Source: Candidatus Eiseniibacteriota bacterium (GTDB taxonomy: Bacteria; Joyebacterota; Joyebacteria; Joyebacterales; Joyebacteraceae). From it: a stretch of 64,000 nucleotides of DNA. Made by a program: the position numbers and the translations under genes. Shown piece by piece: positions 19,837-29,269 of the stretch. Location: contig JBDRFG010000106.1 of assembly GCA_043819135.1 (NCBI GenBank), forward strand, positions 809 to 64,808. Direction: 5' to 3'. Every line of letters begins with the position of its first letter. The stretch's first letter is position 1. Under the pieces are notes generated by a model that had not been told where the DNA came from, searched no databases, and saw only the letters and a program-made list of their open reading frames with translations.

Positions 19837-20772
19837 GTGATGCCTAACGAACTGGGGCTTTTCAGCGGCAACGCCAATCGCGCACTCGCTGAGGAGATCG
19901 CTGGGTACCTGGGCATGAGACTGGGTGAGGCCGCGGTCGGAAGATTCCGCGACGGGGAAATAAGCGTCAGCATCTCCGAGAACGTCCGCGGGATGGACGC
20001 GTTCGTCATACAGCCAACGGCGCCTCCGGCCGAGAGTCTCTTCGAGCTCTTGATAATGATGGACGCCCTGAGGCGGGCGTCGGCGCGGCGGATCACTGCG
20101 GTCGTGCCCTACTTCGGCTACGCCAGGCAGGACCGGAAGGACAGGCCGCGCGTGGCCATCACCGCGAAGCTCGTCGCCAACCTGCTGACGGTCGCGGGGG
20201 CAGACAGGATCCTGACCATGGACCTTCACGCTCCGCAGATCCAGGGGTTCTTCGACATCCCGATGGACCACATCTACGCGGCGCCGGTGCTTCTCCGCTA
20301 CTTCGACGAGCACGCGGGCAGCGACCTCGTTGTCATGTCGCCGGACATCGGGAGCATCAAGATGGGCAGAGCGTTCGCGAAGCGGCTGGGCGCATCGCTC
20401 GGCTTCGTTGACAAGAGACGCCCGAGACCCGACGCGACCGAGGTCATGAACGTCGTCGGCGAGGTCGAGGGTAAGCACGTCATCATGATAGATGACATCA
20501 TCAGCACCGGCAGTTCAATGATCGAGGGCGCGAACGCCGTGATGAGGATGGGAGCCGCGAAGGTCACGGCCGGCGCCACTCATGCGCTGTTCGCGGAAGG
20601 CGCCGTGGAGACGCTCTGCGACTCGGTGATCGAGGAGATCGTGGTCACGAACACGCTCAGCAACGAGCGGGCGGGCTTGGACAAGATCCGAACCCTGTCG
20701 GTCGCGGAACTCCTGGGAGAGGCGATAGACAGAATACACGGTGAGAAGTCGGTAAGCTCGCTCTTCGTCTGA
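19837..20772 (+). CDS. prs: ribose-phosphate pyrophosphokinase
   Basis: The sequence has RDGEISVSISENVRG..., the PRPP-binding loop HVIMIDDIISTGSSM and the GATH.LF motif. Confidence 0.9.
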   Translation: MMPNELGLFSGNANRALAEEIAGYLGMRLGEAAVGRFRDGEISVSISENVRGMDAFVIQPTAPPAESLFELLIMMDALRRASARRITAVVPYFGYARQDRKDRPRVAITAKLVANLLTVAGADRILTMDLHAPQIQGFFDIPMDHIYAAPVLLRYFDEHAGSDLVVMSPDIGSIKMGRAFAKRLGASLGFVDKRRPRPDATEVMNVVGEVEGKHVIMIDDIISTGSSMIEGANAVMRMGAAKVTAGATHALFAEGAVETLCDSVIEEIVVTNTLSNERAGLDKIRTLSVAELLGEAIDRIHGEKSVSSLFV

Positions 20773-20865
20773 TGCGAGTTGCCGCGAACGGTGCGCCGGA
20801 CCGGCCGGGGACGACCGGCATGTGGCTCCAGGCGCCGACTGACAGGCAGACACGGAGAGGAACAG

Positions 20866-21540
20866 ATGGCAACCGTTAAACTCAAGATGCGACGAAGAAC
20901 TGACACGGGCAAGCAGGGGACCAAGCGGACACGCGCCGGCGGCGATGTGCCCGCGGTGCTCTACGGCGAGAAGCAGGAGAACGTGCCGATCTCCATCGAG
21001 GCCAATGAATTCCGGACGGCCCTTTCGACCGCGTCGGGGCGGAACGTGATCATCCAGTTGGTGCTGGAGGGTGAGGATTCCGCGACGAGAGCGGTCATCA
21101 GAGACATGGAGCGCGACGCCGTGACGCGGGAGATACTTCACGTCGACCTGCAGCGGATCTCGGAGAACAAGCCCGTCGTCATGCACGTGCCGGTCGCTCT
21201 GGTGGGTGAGTCACTGGCAGTGAAGGAAGGGCGCGGCATCCTCGACCACGCGATGCGTCAACTGGAGGTCAAGTGCCTCCCGCGTGACATCCCGGAGCAC
21301 ATCGAGGTTGACATTTCCAGACTCGAGGTCAGGCACGCCATTCACGTCAGAGACATCGTGATCGACAAGCTCGAAATACTCGACCATCCGGACCGTCCGG
21401 TAGTAGAGGTTCTCCAGCCGACTCTGTTCACGGAGCCGGGCGCGGAGCTCGAGGGCGTCGGGGCGGCCGAGGGTGAAGAGGGCGAAGCGGCGCCGGCCGA
21501 GGGCGAGGGAACCGACGGGTCGCCCCCCAAAGCCCCGTAA
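20866..21540 (+). CDS. rplY: 50S ribosomal protein L25 / general stress protein Ctc
   Basis: MATVKLKMRRRTDTGKQGTKRTRAGGDVPAVLYG is the L25 N-domain. It is followed by a Ctc-type C-domain and an acidic tail. The ATG at 20866 follows GGAGAGG. The upstream part of the track ORF (start 20779) is rejected. Confidence 0.85.
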   Translation: MATVKLKMRRRTDTGKQGTKRTRAGGDVPAVLYGEKQENVPISIEANEFRTALSTASGRNVIIQLVLEGEDSATRAVIRDMERDAVTREILHVDLQRISENKPVVMHVPVALVGESLAVKEGRGILDHAMRQLEVKCLPRDIPEHIEVDISRLEVRHAIHVRDIVIDKLEILDHPDRPVVEVLQPTLFTEPGAELEGVGAAEGEEGEAAPAEGEGTDGSPPKAP

Positions 21541-21558
21541 GGAGAAGAGCTAGGCGCC

Positions 21559-22158
21559 GTGAGGGTAATCGCCGGACTCGGGAATCCAGAGAAGAGATAC
21601 GAGGGTTCCCGTCACAACGTTGGATTCCTTGTTGTCGCCGGGCTGGCCGACGGGTGCGGTATCCGACTCTCGGCTGGGCGCGGCGACTTCATGAGTGGGT
21701 CAGGCCAGATCGCCGGCGCCGGTGTGCGCCTCCTGATGCCGCTCACGTACATGAACAGAAGCGGCATCGCCGTGGAGCAGATCCTTGAAGAGACGGGCGC
21801 CGTTGCCAACCAGCTTCTGGTGGTTTGTGACGACACGAACCTGCCGTTGGGGCAGCTCCGTCTCAGGAGTTCGGGGAGCGCGGGCGGCCACAACGGTCTG
21901 GTATCGATAATCGAGCGGCTCGGCACAGAGGACTTCGCGCGCCTCCGGCTCGGGGTCGGCCAACCTCCCGAGGGAGGCGACCTGGCCGACTTCGTTCTCG
22001 ACCGCGTCAGCGACGACGAGCGTCCGGACGTTGACGAGATGGTCGGGCGCGCCGTCGAGGCCGTGAAGTTTCTGCTCAGCGATGGTATCGAGGCCGCAAT
22101 GATGGTGTTCAATCGGAAGGCGGACCCCGCCGAGAGCGAGGGGCCGCAGGAGGACTAA
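21559..22158 (+). CDS. pth: peptidyl-tRNA hydrolase
   Basis: GLGNPEKRYEGSRHNVGF...YMNRSGIAV...GGHNGLVSI matches Pth. Confidence 0.9.
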   Translation: MRVIAGLGNPEKRYEGSRHNVGFLVVAGLADGCGIRLSAGRGDFMSGSGQIAGAGVRLLMPLTYMNRSGIAVEQILEETGAVANQLLVVCDDTNLPLGQLRLRSSGSAGGHNGLVSIIERLGTEDFARLRLGVGQPPEGGDLADFVLDRVSDDERPDVDEMVGRAVEAVKFLLSDGIEAAMMVFNRKADPAESEGPQED

Positions 22159-24194
22159 TGTCACAGCTCGCTGTTCCGCTGGCGTCTGGCATCGTCGGCC
22201 TTATCTTTGTGGGCATTCTCGTTCGTGAAGTGCTGTCGAAGAACCCCGGCAACGAGGTCATGCAGAGGATCTCGCTGGCCATTCAGGAGGGCGCGCGCGC
22301 CTTCCTCAAGCGTGAATACACGTACGTCTCGGTGCTCGTTCTCGTGATCGCGGGTCTCATCGCGCTGGCCCCGACCCTGTCCGGGAATCCCGATCTGCCG
22401 CTGGGCTGGAAGACGTCGGTCGCGTTCGTACTGGGCGCGCTGGTGTCTGCGCTGGCCGGATACGTCGGCATGAGCATCGCGACGCGCGCCAACGCGAGGA
22501 CAACGCAGGCGGCGGCCGACGGAGGCGTCAGGGGAGCGCTCGGAGTTGCCGTTTCCGCCGGTTCGGTGATGGGCATGAGCGTGGCCAGCATGGCTCTCCT
22601 GGGCCTTGTTCTCGTCTACTGGCTCTTTCATGTGCCGGCCATCGTCAATGGATACGCGATGGGCGCATCGCTCGTGGCTCTATTCGCGCGCTCGGGCGGC
22701 GGACTCTTCACGAAGGGCGCCGACATGGGCGCCGACCTGGTCGGCAAGATAGAGGCCGGCATCCCGGAGGATGATCCCAGGAACCCGGCCGTGATCGCGG
22801 ACAACGTCGGCGACAACGTCGGCGACGTGGCGGGTCTTGGGGCCGACCTCCTGGAATCGTACGTCGAGTCCATTATCGCGAGCATGGCTCTAGCGGTCGC
22901 TCTCGTTAGCAGCGCCGCCATCTCAGACAAGCTCGTTCTCCTTCCGTTCAACATTGCCGCCGCCGGGATCGCGGCGTCCATACTGGGCATCATCTTCGTC
23001 AAGGTGGTGGGGCGGAAGAACCCACAGGCGGCCCTGATGGGCGGCACCTATGTGGCGGCCGGCCTCACGGCGCTGGCCAGCTTCTTCATCATCAAGATGA
23101 TGGGGACGGAATATACCATCGGCGGCACGACGTACGGCGTGCTAGGGCCCTTCTACGCGACCCTGTGCGGGATCGGCAGCGGCATCGTCGTTGGGTTGGT
23201 GAGCGAGTACTTCACTTCGACCAAGTACCGTCCCGTCAGAGGCCTCGCGGAGGCGTCGCAGACCGGGCCGGCCATCACGGTCACGACCGGAACGGCCGTC
23301 GGTATGGGCAGCACGGCGGTGCCGGTGATAGCCCTCGGCATCTCCATCATCGTGGCGCATCATTTCGCCGGGATGTACGGCATCGCGATGGCGGCGTTCG
23401 GGATGCTCGCCACGACCGGCATGGTCGTCGCCGTAGATTCTTACGGACCGGTCGCCGACAACGCCGGAGGCATCGCGGAGATGGCGGGCCTCGACCCGCA
23501 CGTCCGCGAGATCACGGACAATCTGGACGCGGTGGGGAACACAACAGCGGCCATCGGCAAGGGCTTCGCCATCGGGTCGGCCGCTTTCGCCGCGATCGGC
23601 CTTCTGTCCGCCTACATGGTGTCGGCCGGGATCACGGTCGCCGACATGTCTGAGCCGACCGTCATGGCGGGTCTCCTCATCGGGGGCATGTTGCCGTTCC
23701 TGTTCTCTTCGATGCTCTTCGGGGCAGTCTCGAAGGTCGCCTTCAAGATGATCGACGAGGTCAGGAGACAATTCAGGGAGATACCGGGGCTCCTGAAGGG
23801 CGAGGTAATGCCCGATTCGACGAGGTGCGTTGACATCAGCACCAAGGGAGCCATCGCGGGCATGATAAAGCCCGGGCTCCTGGCGATCCTCGTGCCCGTT
23901 GCGGTCGGTTTCTACGACGTGCGCGCGCTGGCGGGTCTCCTGGTCGGCGCCGTCGTAACGGGAGTGGTGCTCGGCATCCAGACGGCCAACTCCGGCGGCG
24001 CGATGGACAACGCCAAGAAGTACATAGAAGAGGGGCACTTCGGGGGCAAGGGCTCCGACGCCCACAAGGCCGCCGTGGTGGGGGACACCGTTGGTGATCC
24101 GCTCAAGGACACCGTCGGGCCGTCCATCAACATTCTGATCAAGCTGATGTCCGTCATCTCTCTGGTGCTGGCTCCCCTGTTCATCGGGGGATAG
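22158..24194 (+). CDS. hppA: membrane-bound H+/Na+-translocating pyrophosphatase
   Basis: The protein is 678 aa and polytopic. GADLVGKIEAGIPEDDPRNPAVIADNVGDNVGDVAG and DAVGNTTAAIGKGFAIGSAA are V-PPase signatures. Confidence 0.9.
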   Translation: MSQLAVPLASGIVGLIFVGILVREVLSKNPGNEVMQRISLAIQEGARAFLKREYTYVSVLVLVIAGLIALAPTLSGNPDLPLGWKTSVAFVLGALVSALAGYVGMSIATRANARTTQAAADGGVRGALGVAVSAGSVMGMSVASMALLGLVLVYWLFHVPAIVNGYAMGASLVALFARSGGGLFTKGADMGADLVGKIEAGIPEDDPRNPAVIADNVGDNVGDVAGLGADLLESYVESIIASMALAVALVSSAAISDKLVLLPFNIAAAGIAASILGIIFVKVVGRKNPQAALMGGTYVAAGLTALASFFIIKMMGTEYTIGGTTYGVLGPFYATLCGIGSGIVVGLVSEYFTSTKYRPVRGLAEASQTGPAITVTTGTAVGMGSTAVPVIALGISIIVAHHFAGMYGIAMAAFGMLATTGMVVAVDSYGPVADNAGGIAEMAGLDPHVREITDNLDAVGNTTAAIGKGFAIGSAAFAAIGLLSAYMVSAGITVADMSEPTVMAGLLIGGMLPFLFSSMLFGAVSKVAFKMIDEVRRQFREIPGLLKGEVMPDSTRCVDISTKGAIAGMIKPGLLAILVPVAVGFYDVRALAGLLVGAVVTGVVLGIQTANSGGAMDNAKKYIEEGHFGGKGSDAHKAAVVGDTVGDPLKDTVGPSINILIKLMSVISLVLAPLFIGG

Positions 24195-24214
24195 GCAGAG
24201 TCGGGGAGGCTGGA

Positions 24215-25321
24215 ATGGCTCTCGAACTCGGGATCATCGGCCTTCCGAACGTGGGCAAGTCGACCCTCTTCAATGCGCTCGCCGGCACGAGCGTTGCCTG
24301 TAGCAACTACCCGTTCTGCACGGTCGATGCCAACATCGGGGTCGTTGCAGTGCCGGACCCACGGCTCCGGCGTCTCGCGGAGATTCTCAGTCCGGAGAAG
24401 CTGACGCCCGCCGCGATCCGGTTCGTCGACATAGCCGGCCTCGTGCGCGGCGCCAGCAGGGGCGAGGGTCTGGGGAACAAGTTCCTGGCGAATATCCGGG
24501 AGGTCGACGCGGTCGCGCATGTCGTCAGGTGCTTCGACGATCCGTCCGTCGCTCACGTTGACGGAACGGTCAACCCGGAGCGGGACCTCGCGACCATCAG
24601 GACGGAGCTTCTGCTCGCCGACCTCGAGACCTGCGAACGGAACCACGAGAAGCGGCGAAAGGACAGAGAAAGAGGGGACAAGGAAGCGGGCCATGTCGCA
24701 GACGCGCTGGCAGTGGCCAGAGACGCGCTCGACGCCGGAACACCGCTTCGCGAGGCGTCCCTGTCGGAGGCCCAACTGGGTCTCCTGAGAGAGTTCAGTC
24801 TGCTGACGCTCAAGGACCACATCATCGTGGCCAACGTGTCAGAAGCGGACGCGGGAGCGGGCGCGGGAGCGGGCGAGGAGGCGTGGGTTGCACGCATCTC
24901 CGCTGCGACGGGCGAACCCGGCTGGAAGGTGGTCCCGATCGCCGCTTCGCTTGAGGCGGAGCTCGTTACTCTGCCAGAGGGTGAGCGCGCGGAGTTCCTG
25001 GACGGCTGGGGCATAGAAGAGAGGGGCCTTGAGAGACTCATTCGCGCGGGATACAGGCTGCTCGGGCTCGTGACCTTCTTCACGATCAAGGGTCCGGAGA
25101 CCAGGGCCTGGACGGTTCCAGCGGGAACGACGGTGTCCGAGGCGGCAGGCAGGATACACTCCGATATGGAGAAGGGCTTCATCAGGGCCGAGGTCGTGTC
25201 ATACGACGATCTCGTGGGTGAGGGCTCCATGCACGCCGTCCGCGAGAGCGGGCACCTGAGGACGGAGGGCCGCGACTACGAAGTGCACGAGGGCGATGTT
25301 GTTCTCGTCCACTTCCACTAG
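24215..25321 (+). CDS. ychF: ribosome-binding ATPase YchF (Obg-family GTPase)
   Basis: The G1 motif GLPNVGKST, the G3 motif DIAGLV, a TGS-like C-terminus and the ending VHFH are present. There is an unusual AGAGAGAG insertion (see repeat feature). Confidence 0.85.
   Translation: MALELGIIGLPNVGKSTLFNALAGTSVACSNYPFCTVDANIGVVAVPDPRLRRLAEILSPEKLTPAAIRFVDIAGLVRGASRGEGLGNKFLANIREVDAVAHVVRCFDDPSVAHVDGTVNPERDLATIRTELLLADLETCERNHEKRRKDRERGDKEAGHVADALAVARDALDAGTPLREASLSEAQLGLLREFSLLTLKDHIIVANVSEADAGAGAGAGEEAWVARISAATGEPGWKVVPIAASLEAELVTLPEGERAEFLDGWGIEERGLERLIRAGYRLLGLVTFFTIKGPETRAWTVPAGTTVSEAAGRIHSDMEKGFIRAEVVSYDDLVGEGSMHAVRESGHLRTEGRDYEVHEGDVVLVHFH
24851..24874 (+). repeat. perfect 12-nt tandem duplication (gcgggagcgggc x2) inside ychF
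   Basis: Read directly from the sequence. It encodes the (AG)4 insertion in the YchF helical domain. Confidence 0.9.
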
Positions 25322-25432
25322 GGCGCGGAGCAGCAACGCAGAAGCTGGTGGGCAGGGTGGTGCCCGCGCTGTCGCGCGGGGGACTAAGTGTAGTGCAGCT
25401 TCGTGCTGCGATTGTGTCAGGAGAGGGGCAAA

Positions 25433-25482
25433 CCCCGGTCGGACGAGATCCGGGGTCTCCTCACCCCGTCCGCGAGACGGGG
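25433..25482 (+). promoter_or_regulatory. two stable hairpins in the rpsF 5' leader (possible S6:S18 autoregulatory element)
   Basis: The first hairpin is CCCCGG-11nt-CCGGGG (25433-25455). The second is CCCCGTC-5nt-GACGGGG (25464-25482). They lie 30-80 nt upstream of the rpsF ATG at 25514, which has an AAGGGGAGG Shine-Dalgarno. Confidence 0.35.
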
Positions 25483-25513
25483 TCGCAGTCAGACCAAGGG
25501 GAGGTAGGAAGGA

Positions 25514-25801
25514 ATGAGGAACTACGAAGGTACGTTCATCTTCCGCCCGGGTCTCGACGAGGCCGGTCTCGAAGCAGAGATGGCCAAGGTCGAGGAGATG
25601 ATCACGGCGGAAGGTGGCGCGATCAAGGAGTGGGACAAGTGGGGCAAGCGTCGGCTCTCCTACGAGATCAAGGGCGAGTACGACGGGTACTACGCGTTCC
25701 TCACGTTCGAGGCGGATCCCGCGGCCATCGAGAGACTCGTTGAAGCTTATCGCCTGCGGGAGGACATTCTCCGCAACATGAACATCGTGATGGACCAGTA
25801 G
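25514..25801 (+). CDS. rpsF: 30S ribosomal protein S6
   Basis: [12 protein letters not shown]...YYAFLTFEA is canonical S6. Confidence 0.9.
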   Translation: MRNYEGTFIFRPGLDEAGLEAEMAKVEEMITAEGGAIKEWDKWGKRRLSYEIKGEYDGYYAFLTFEADPAAIERLVEAYRLREDILRNMNIVMDQ

Positions 25802-25842
25802 CCCGGGCTGCTCGAACTGCAACCTTTGACTCGGAGGCACAG

Positions 25843-26079
25843 ATGCCCAGAAATGAGAGCCACGGCAAGTTCTGCCGGTTCTGCCAGGACAAGGTCGACA
25901 AGCTCGACTACAAGGACGAGAAGCGGCTGCTTCGTTTCGTAACGGAGCAGGGCAAGATAATCCCGCGCAGGGTGACGGGAACCTGCGCAAGACACCAGAA
26001 ACAGCTGGCAGTGGCGGTGAAGCGCGCCCGTCAGATCGCCCTTCTGCCGTTCGTAGGTCGGCACCACAAGCACGGCTAG
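25843..26079 (+). CDS. rpsR: 30S ribosomal protein S18
   Basis: [60 protein letters not shown] is canonical S18. Confidence 0.9.
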   Translation: MPRNESHGKFCRFCQDKVDKLDYKDEKRLLRFVTEQGKIIPRRVTGTCARHQKQLAVAVKRARQIALLPFVGRHHKHG

Positions 26080-26118
26080 ACGGACAGCAAGAGGCAGACA
26101 CAGGGAGGTGAATCCGCA

Positions 26119-26562
26119 ATGAAGGTCATACTAGTCGAGGACGTTCACCGACTCGGGTCGAGAGGCGATGTCGTCACGGTTAAGGACGGGTACGGAAGGA
26201 ACTTCCTCGTCCCGTCCGGCAAGGCGCTGCCGGCCACGGCCGGAGCGCTCGAGCAGCTCAAGATAAAGGTCCATGTAGACGAGGCACGCATCAAGAAAGA
26301 CAGGCGGGCCGCTGAGCTGATCGCGGAGCGTCTGAGTGGTGTCTCCTGCACTGTGCGAGTCCAGGCCGACGAGGCCGACAAGCTCTACGGATCCGTGGGC
26401 GAGAGGGACATCGCGCAGGCCCTTGAGGAGCAGGGACACGAGACCGACCCGGCCAACGTGATCATGGACGAGCACATCAAGATGCTCGGTGTCTACCCGA
26501 TCAAGATCCGCCTGTTCAAGGACGTGGAGGCGGAGATAAAGGTCTGGGTCATCAGAGAGTAG
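26119..26562 (+). CDS. rplI: 50S ribosomal protein L9
   Basis: MKVILVEDVHRLGSRGDVVTVKDGYGRNFLVP is the L9 N-domain. The gene order rpsF-rpsR-rplI is conserved. Confidence 0.9.
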   Translation: MKVILVEDVHRLGSRGDVVTVKDGYGRNFLVPSGKALPATAGALEQLKIKVHVDEARIKKDRRAAELIAERLSGVSCTVRVQADEADKLYGSVGERDIAQALEEQGHETDPANVIMDEHIKMLGVYPIKIRLFKDVEAEIKVWVIRE

Positions 26563-26637
26563 GGGCAAGGGCCGCAGTCGTTCTCCGGCTGCGCCTACAA
26601 CCGCAGCAAACACAAGCGAACAAGCGAGGAGGGGCAG

Positions 26638-27807
26638 ATGTCGAGACGTCTTATGGCAGGTACGCTCCTGCTCGTCGTTCTCGCCGCGGTCATTTGGTGC
26701 GTGGGCTGCGGCTCCGGGGGCGACGACGATATCGTGGCCAGAGTCGGAAGAACGAACATCACGAAGAGCTATTTGTTGCAGAAGTTGTCCGAGTTGCCAG
26801 CTTTCGCTCAGCAGCAGTTCGCCGGCCCCGAAGGAACGATCGATTTCCTCCACAGGCTGGTGGACGAGGAAGTCCTCTATCAGGCGGCCCTCCAGGCGGG
26901 GTACGACAAGAATCCCGAGATAGTGAAGGCTCTTGACGTCGTCAAGCGCCGTGCCGTCATCCAGGCGTACTACGCTGCCGACGTCGAGGGGACGGTAGTG
27001 GTGGCCGACGAGGACATTCAGACCTACTACGATGAGCACAGCGAGCAGTTCCAGCGCCGCGGACGCGTCAAGTTCCGCCACATCCTGCTGCCGACGCGCG
27101 CGCAGGCCGACGCGGCCAGGTCTCGCGTCCTCGGCGGAGATGACTTCACCGCAGTGGCCCGCGAAATGTCGACCGATAAGGGCACGAAGAGCGCCGGCGG
27201 ACTGATGGCGTCGGTCTCGCAGGGCGACGGCGTGCCGGGCACAAGCATGGACGCCGCGTTCATCGAGAGCGTCCGTGAGTGGAAGGTGGGGGAGGTCACG
27301 GATCCTATCCGCTCCGAGATGGGCTGGCACGTGGTCTACGTTGAGGAGAAAGTCGAGGAAGGGACCAAGCCCCTGGAAGAGGTCCGTGAGCAGATAGAGA
27401 AGAGCCTGCTGCCCGAGAAGACACGCAAGCGCTACGATGACATCCTTGCGGAGCTGAAGGGGAGCTACGGGGTCACGGTCAACGAGGAGGTCTTCAGGGC
27501 GAAGCCGCGGAGTGAAGAAGAGCTCTTCACGCTCGCGTCCGAGACCGACGATCCACTGAGCAGACTCAACTACTACTCCGAGCTGGTCTTCAACTACCCG
27601 CAGGGAGAGCACGCTGCAGAGGCGCAGTTCATGATCGGGTTCATTCACGCCGAGGAACTCCAGAACTACGATGCGGCACGCAACGCCTTCGAGAGAATGA
27701 AGCTACGCTACCCCGACTCGGAACTCGTTGCCTCGGCCGACTGGATGCTCGAGAACATGGGTGAGGAGAACCCGCCCTTCGAGGAAGGGGAACTCATCTC
27801 CCAGTAG
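26638..27807 (+). CDS. lipoprotein peptidyl-prolyl cis-trans isomerase, parvulin (PpiC) type, SurA/PrsA-like
   Basis: A signal peptide with a Cys-containing lipobox-like VGCGSG is present. The parvulin domain is FRHILLPT...GGDDFTAVAREMSTD...MGWHVVYVEE. Confidence 0.7.
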   Translation: MSRRLMAGTLLLVVLAAVIWCVGCGSGGDDDIVARVGRTNITKSYLLQKLSELPAFAQQQFAGPEGTIDFLHRLVDEEVLYQAALQAGYDKNPEIVKALDVVKRRAVIQAYYAADVEGTVVVADEDIQTYYDEHSEQFQRRGRVKFRHILLPTRAQADAARSRVLGGDDFTAVAREMSTDKGTKSAGGLMASVSQGDGVPGTSMDAAFIESVREWKVGEVTDPIRSEMGWHVVYVEEKVEEGTKPLEEVREQIEKSLLPEKTRKRYDDILAELKGSYGVTVNEEVFRAKPRSEEELFTLASETDDPLSRLNYYSELVFNYPQGEHAAEAQFMIGFIHAEELQNYDAARNAFERMKLRYPDSELVASADWMLENMGEENPPFEEGELISQ

Positions 27808-27839
27808 CTCAGGGAGACGGCGTGAGAGGAATCTGAGCG

Positions 27840-29150
27840 ATGCTCCCACTCGTCGCGGTGACGACGATCTTCGTTGCCGCTTACTTCTTCATCGTCACCG
27901 AGCGGCTTCATCGAACGACAATAGCCCTGGCGGGAGCCCTTGCGGTCCTGCTCCTGCCGGGGCTATCGCTGTCCCAGGAAGAAGCGGTCGGTTTCATAGA
28001 CTTCAACACCCTGGGCCTGCTCATCGGCATGATGCTCATCGTGGCCGTGCTTACGAGGACCGGTCTGTTCAAGTACCTTGCCCTCGTAGTGGCGAAGCGC
28101 GGCAAGGGGAGGGTCTTTCTGATCTTCGCCGGCTTCGCCGCGATCACCGCGGCCAGCTCGGCCCTCATCGACAACGTAACCACCGTCCTGATGATCGTCC
28201 CCGTCATCTATCTCGTCTCCGATCTCCTGGGCAAGAACGTCGTGCCGTTCCTGGTCATGGAGATAATCATGGCCAACGTAGGCGGAATGGCGACCCTTAT
28301 CGGCGACCCGCCCAACATACTGGTGGGCAGCCGTGCCGTCGTTCCGGGCATGTCAGGACATCTCTCGTTCATGGATTTCCTCGTCAACCTCGGGCCGCTT
28401 GCGCTCGTATGTCTCGTTGTCAGCCTGCTCTACCTGAGATTAGCGGGGCAGAGGGAGTTCTTCGCCCCTCCGCCCGAGGCCAAGAGGATGGCACTGGAAT
28501 CGATGGACGCGACGCAGGCGATACGAGACCCCGCGTTGCTCCGCCGCACTCTCGGGGTGCTCGGTCTGGTGCTCGCCGGATTCGTGTTCCACCACGTGCT
28601 GGGACTCGAACCTGCGACCGTCGCGCTCGCAGGCGCGGCCGTCCTGCTCGTAGTGACGCGCATCAACCCGGAGGAGCTGCTTGCGGAGGTCGAGTGGGGA
28701 GTGCTCTTCTTCTTCGTCGGTCTGTTCGTTCTCGTCGGCGCCCTGGAGAAGGTGGGAGCGGTTGATCTCCTGGCACGCGGCGTCCTCGGGGCGTCGGACA
28801 GCCCGGCGATCCTGATGGTCATCATCCTCTGGGGAACGGCCATCACCGCCTCACTGATATCGGCGGTTCCCACGGTCACCGTATTGATACCCATGGTGCA
28901 GATCATCGTGAATCACCTGGGCGCGGCCGACCCGGGCGTTGCGCTGGGCTTCTGGTGGGCGCTGGCGGCGGGTGCGTGCCTCGGTGGGAACGCGACCGTG
29001 GTCGGCGCGGCGGCGAACATGGCGGTAGTGGGTCTTTCGTCCAAGGAACGAGAACCGCTCTCGTTCGCCACCTACGCGCGGATGGGTGTGCCCGTCACGG
29101 CGCTCTGCCTGGTCGTCACGACGGCGTACATGCTCCTGAGATACACGTAG
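27840..29150 (+). CDS. ArsB/NhaD-superfamily anion permease (citrate/arsenite transporter-like)
   Basis: The protein has about 12 TM helices and the two-repeat architecture. DNVTTVLMIVPV and GDPPNILVGS match the ArsB/NhaD/YbiR family. Confidence 0.6.
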   Translation: MLPLVAVTTIFVAAYFFIVTERLHRTTIALAGALAVLLLPGLSLSQEEAVGFIDFNTLGLLIGMMLIVAVLTRTGLFKYLALVVAKRGKGRVFLIFAGFAAITAASSALIDNVTTVLMIVPVIYLVSDLLGKNVVPFLVMEIIMANVGGMATLIGDPPNILVGSRAVVPGMSGHLSFMDFLVNLGPLALVCLVVSLLYLRLAGQREFFAPPPEAKRMALESMDATQAIRDPALLRRTLGVLGLVLAGFVFHHVLGLEPATVALAGAAVLLVVTRINPEELLAEVEWGVLFFFVGLFVLVGALEKVGAVDLLARGVLGASDSPAILMVIILWGTAITASLISAVPTVTVLIPMVQIIVNHLGAADPGVALGFWWALAAGACLGGNATVVGAAANMAVVGLSSKEREPLSFATYARMGVPVTALCLVVTTAYMLLRYT

Positions 29151-29212
29151 CGTCGCTCGAGCGCAGGACAAGGCACGGCGGACCGGCGCCGAACCACGGC
29201 CCCACCAGACAG

Positions 29213-29245
29213 ATCGAGGGGCGGCCTTGACGGCCGTCCCTCGAT
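29213..29245. terminator. strong bidirectional hairpin between convergent genes
   Basis: ATCGAGGGGCGGCC-TTGAC-GGCCGTCCCTCGAT forms a 14-bp stem with one G.T wobble. It lies between the + strand permease stop (29150) and the - strand gene stop (29270). There is no clear U-tract on either side. Confidence 0.5.
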
Positions 29246-29269
29246 TGATCTCAGGTCACTTCCGGAAGA

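Noticed and set aside
19075-20478. 467-aa minus-strand ORF overlapping spoVG, tRNA-Gln and prs
   Set aside because: It would run through a tRNA gene and two highly conserved + strand genes. Its composition is spurious.
22161-25230. Several 150-300 aa minus-strand ORFs antisense to hppA and ychF
   Set aside because: Shadow ORFs with no recognisable motifs.
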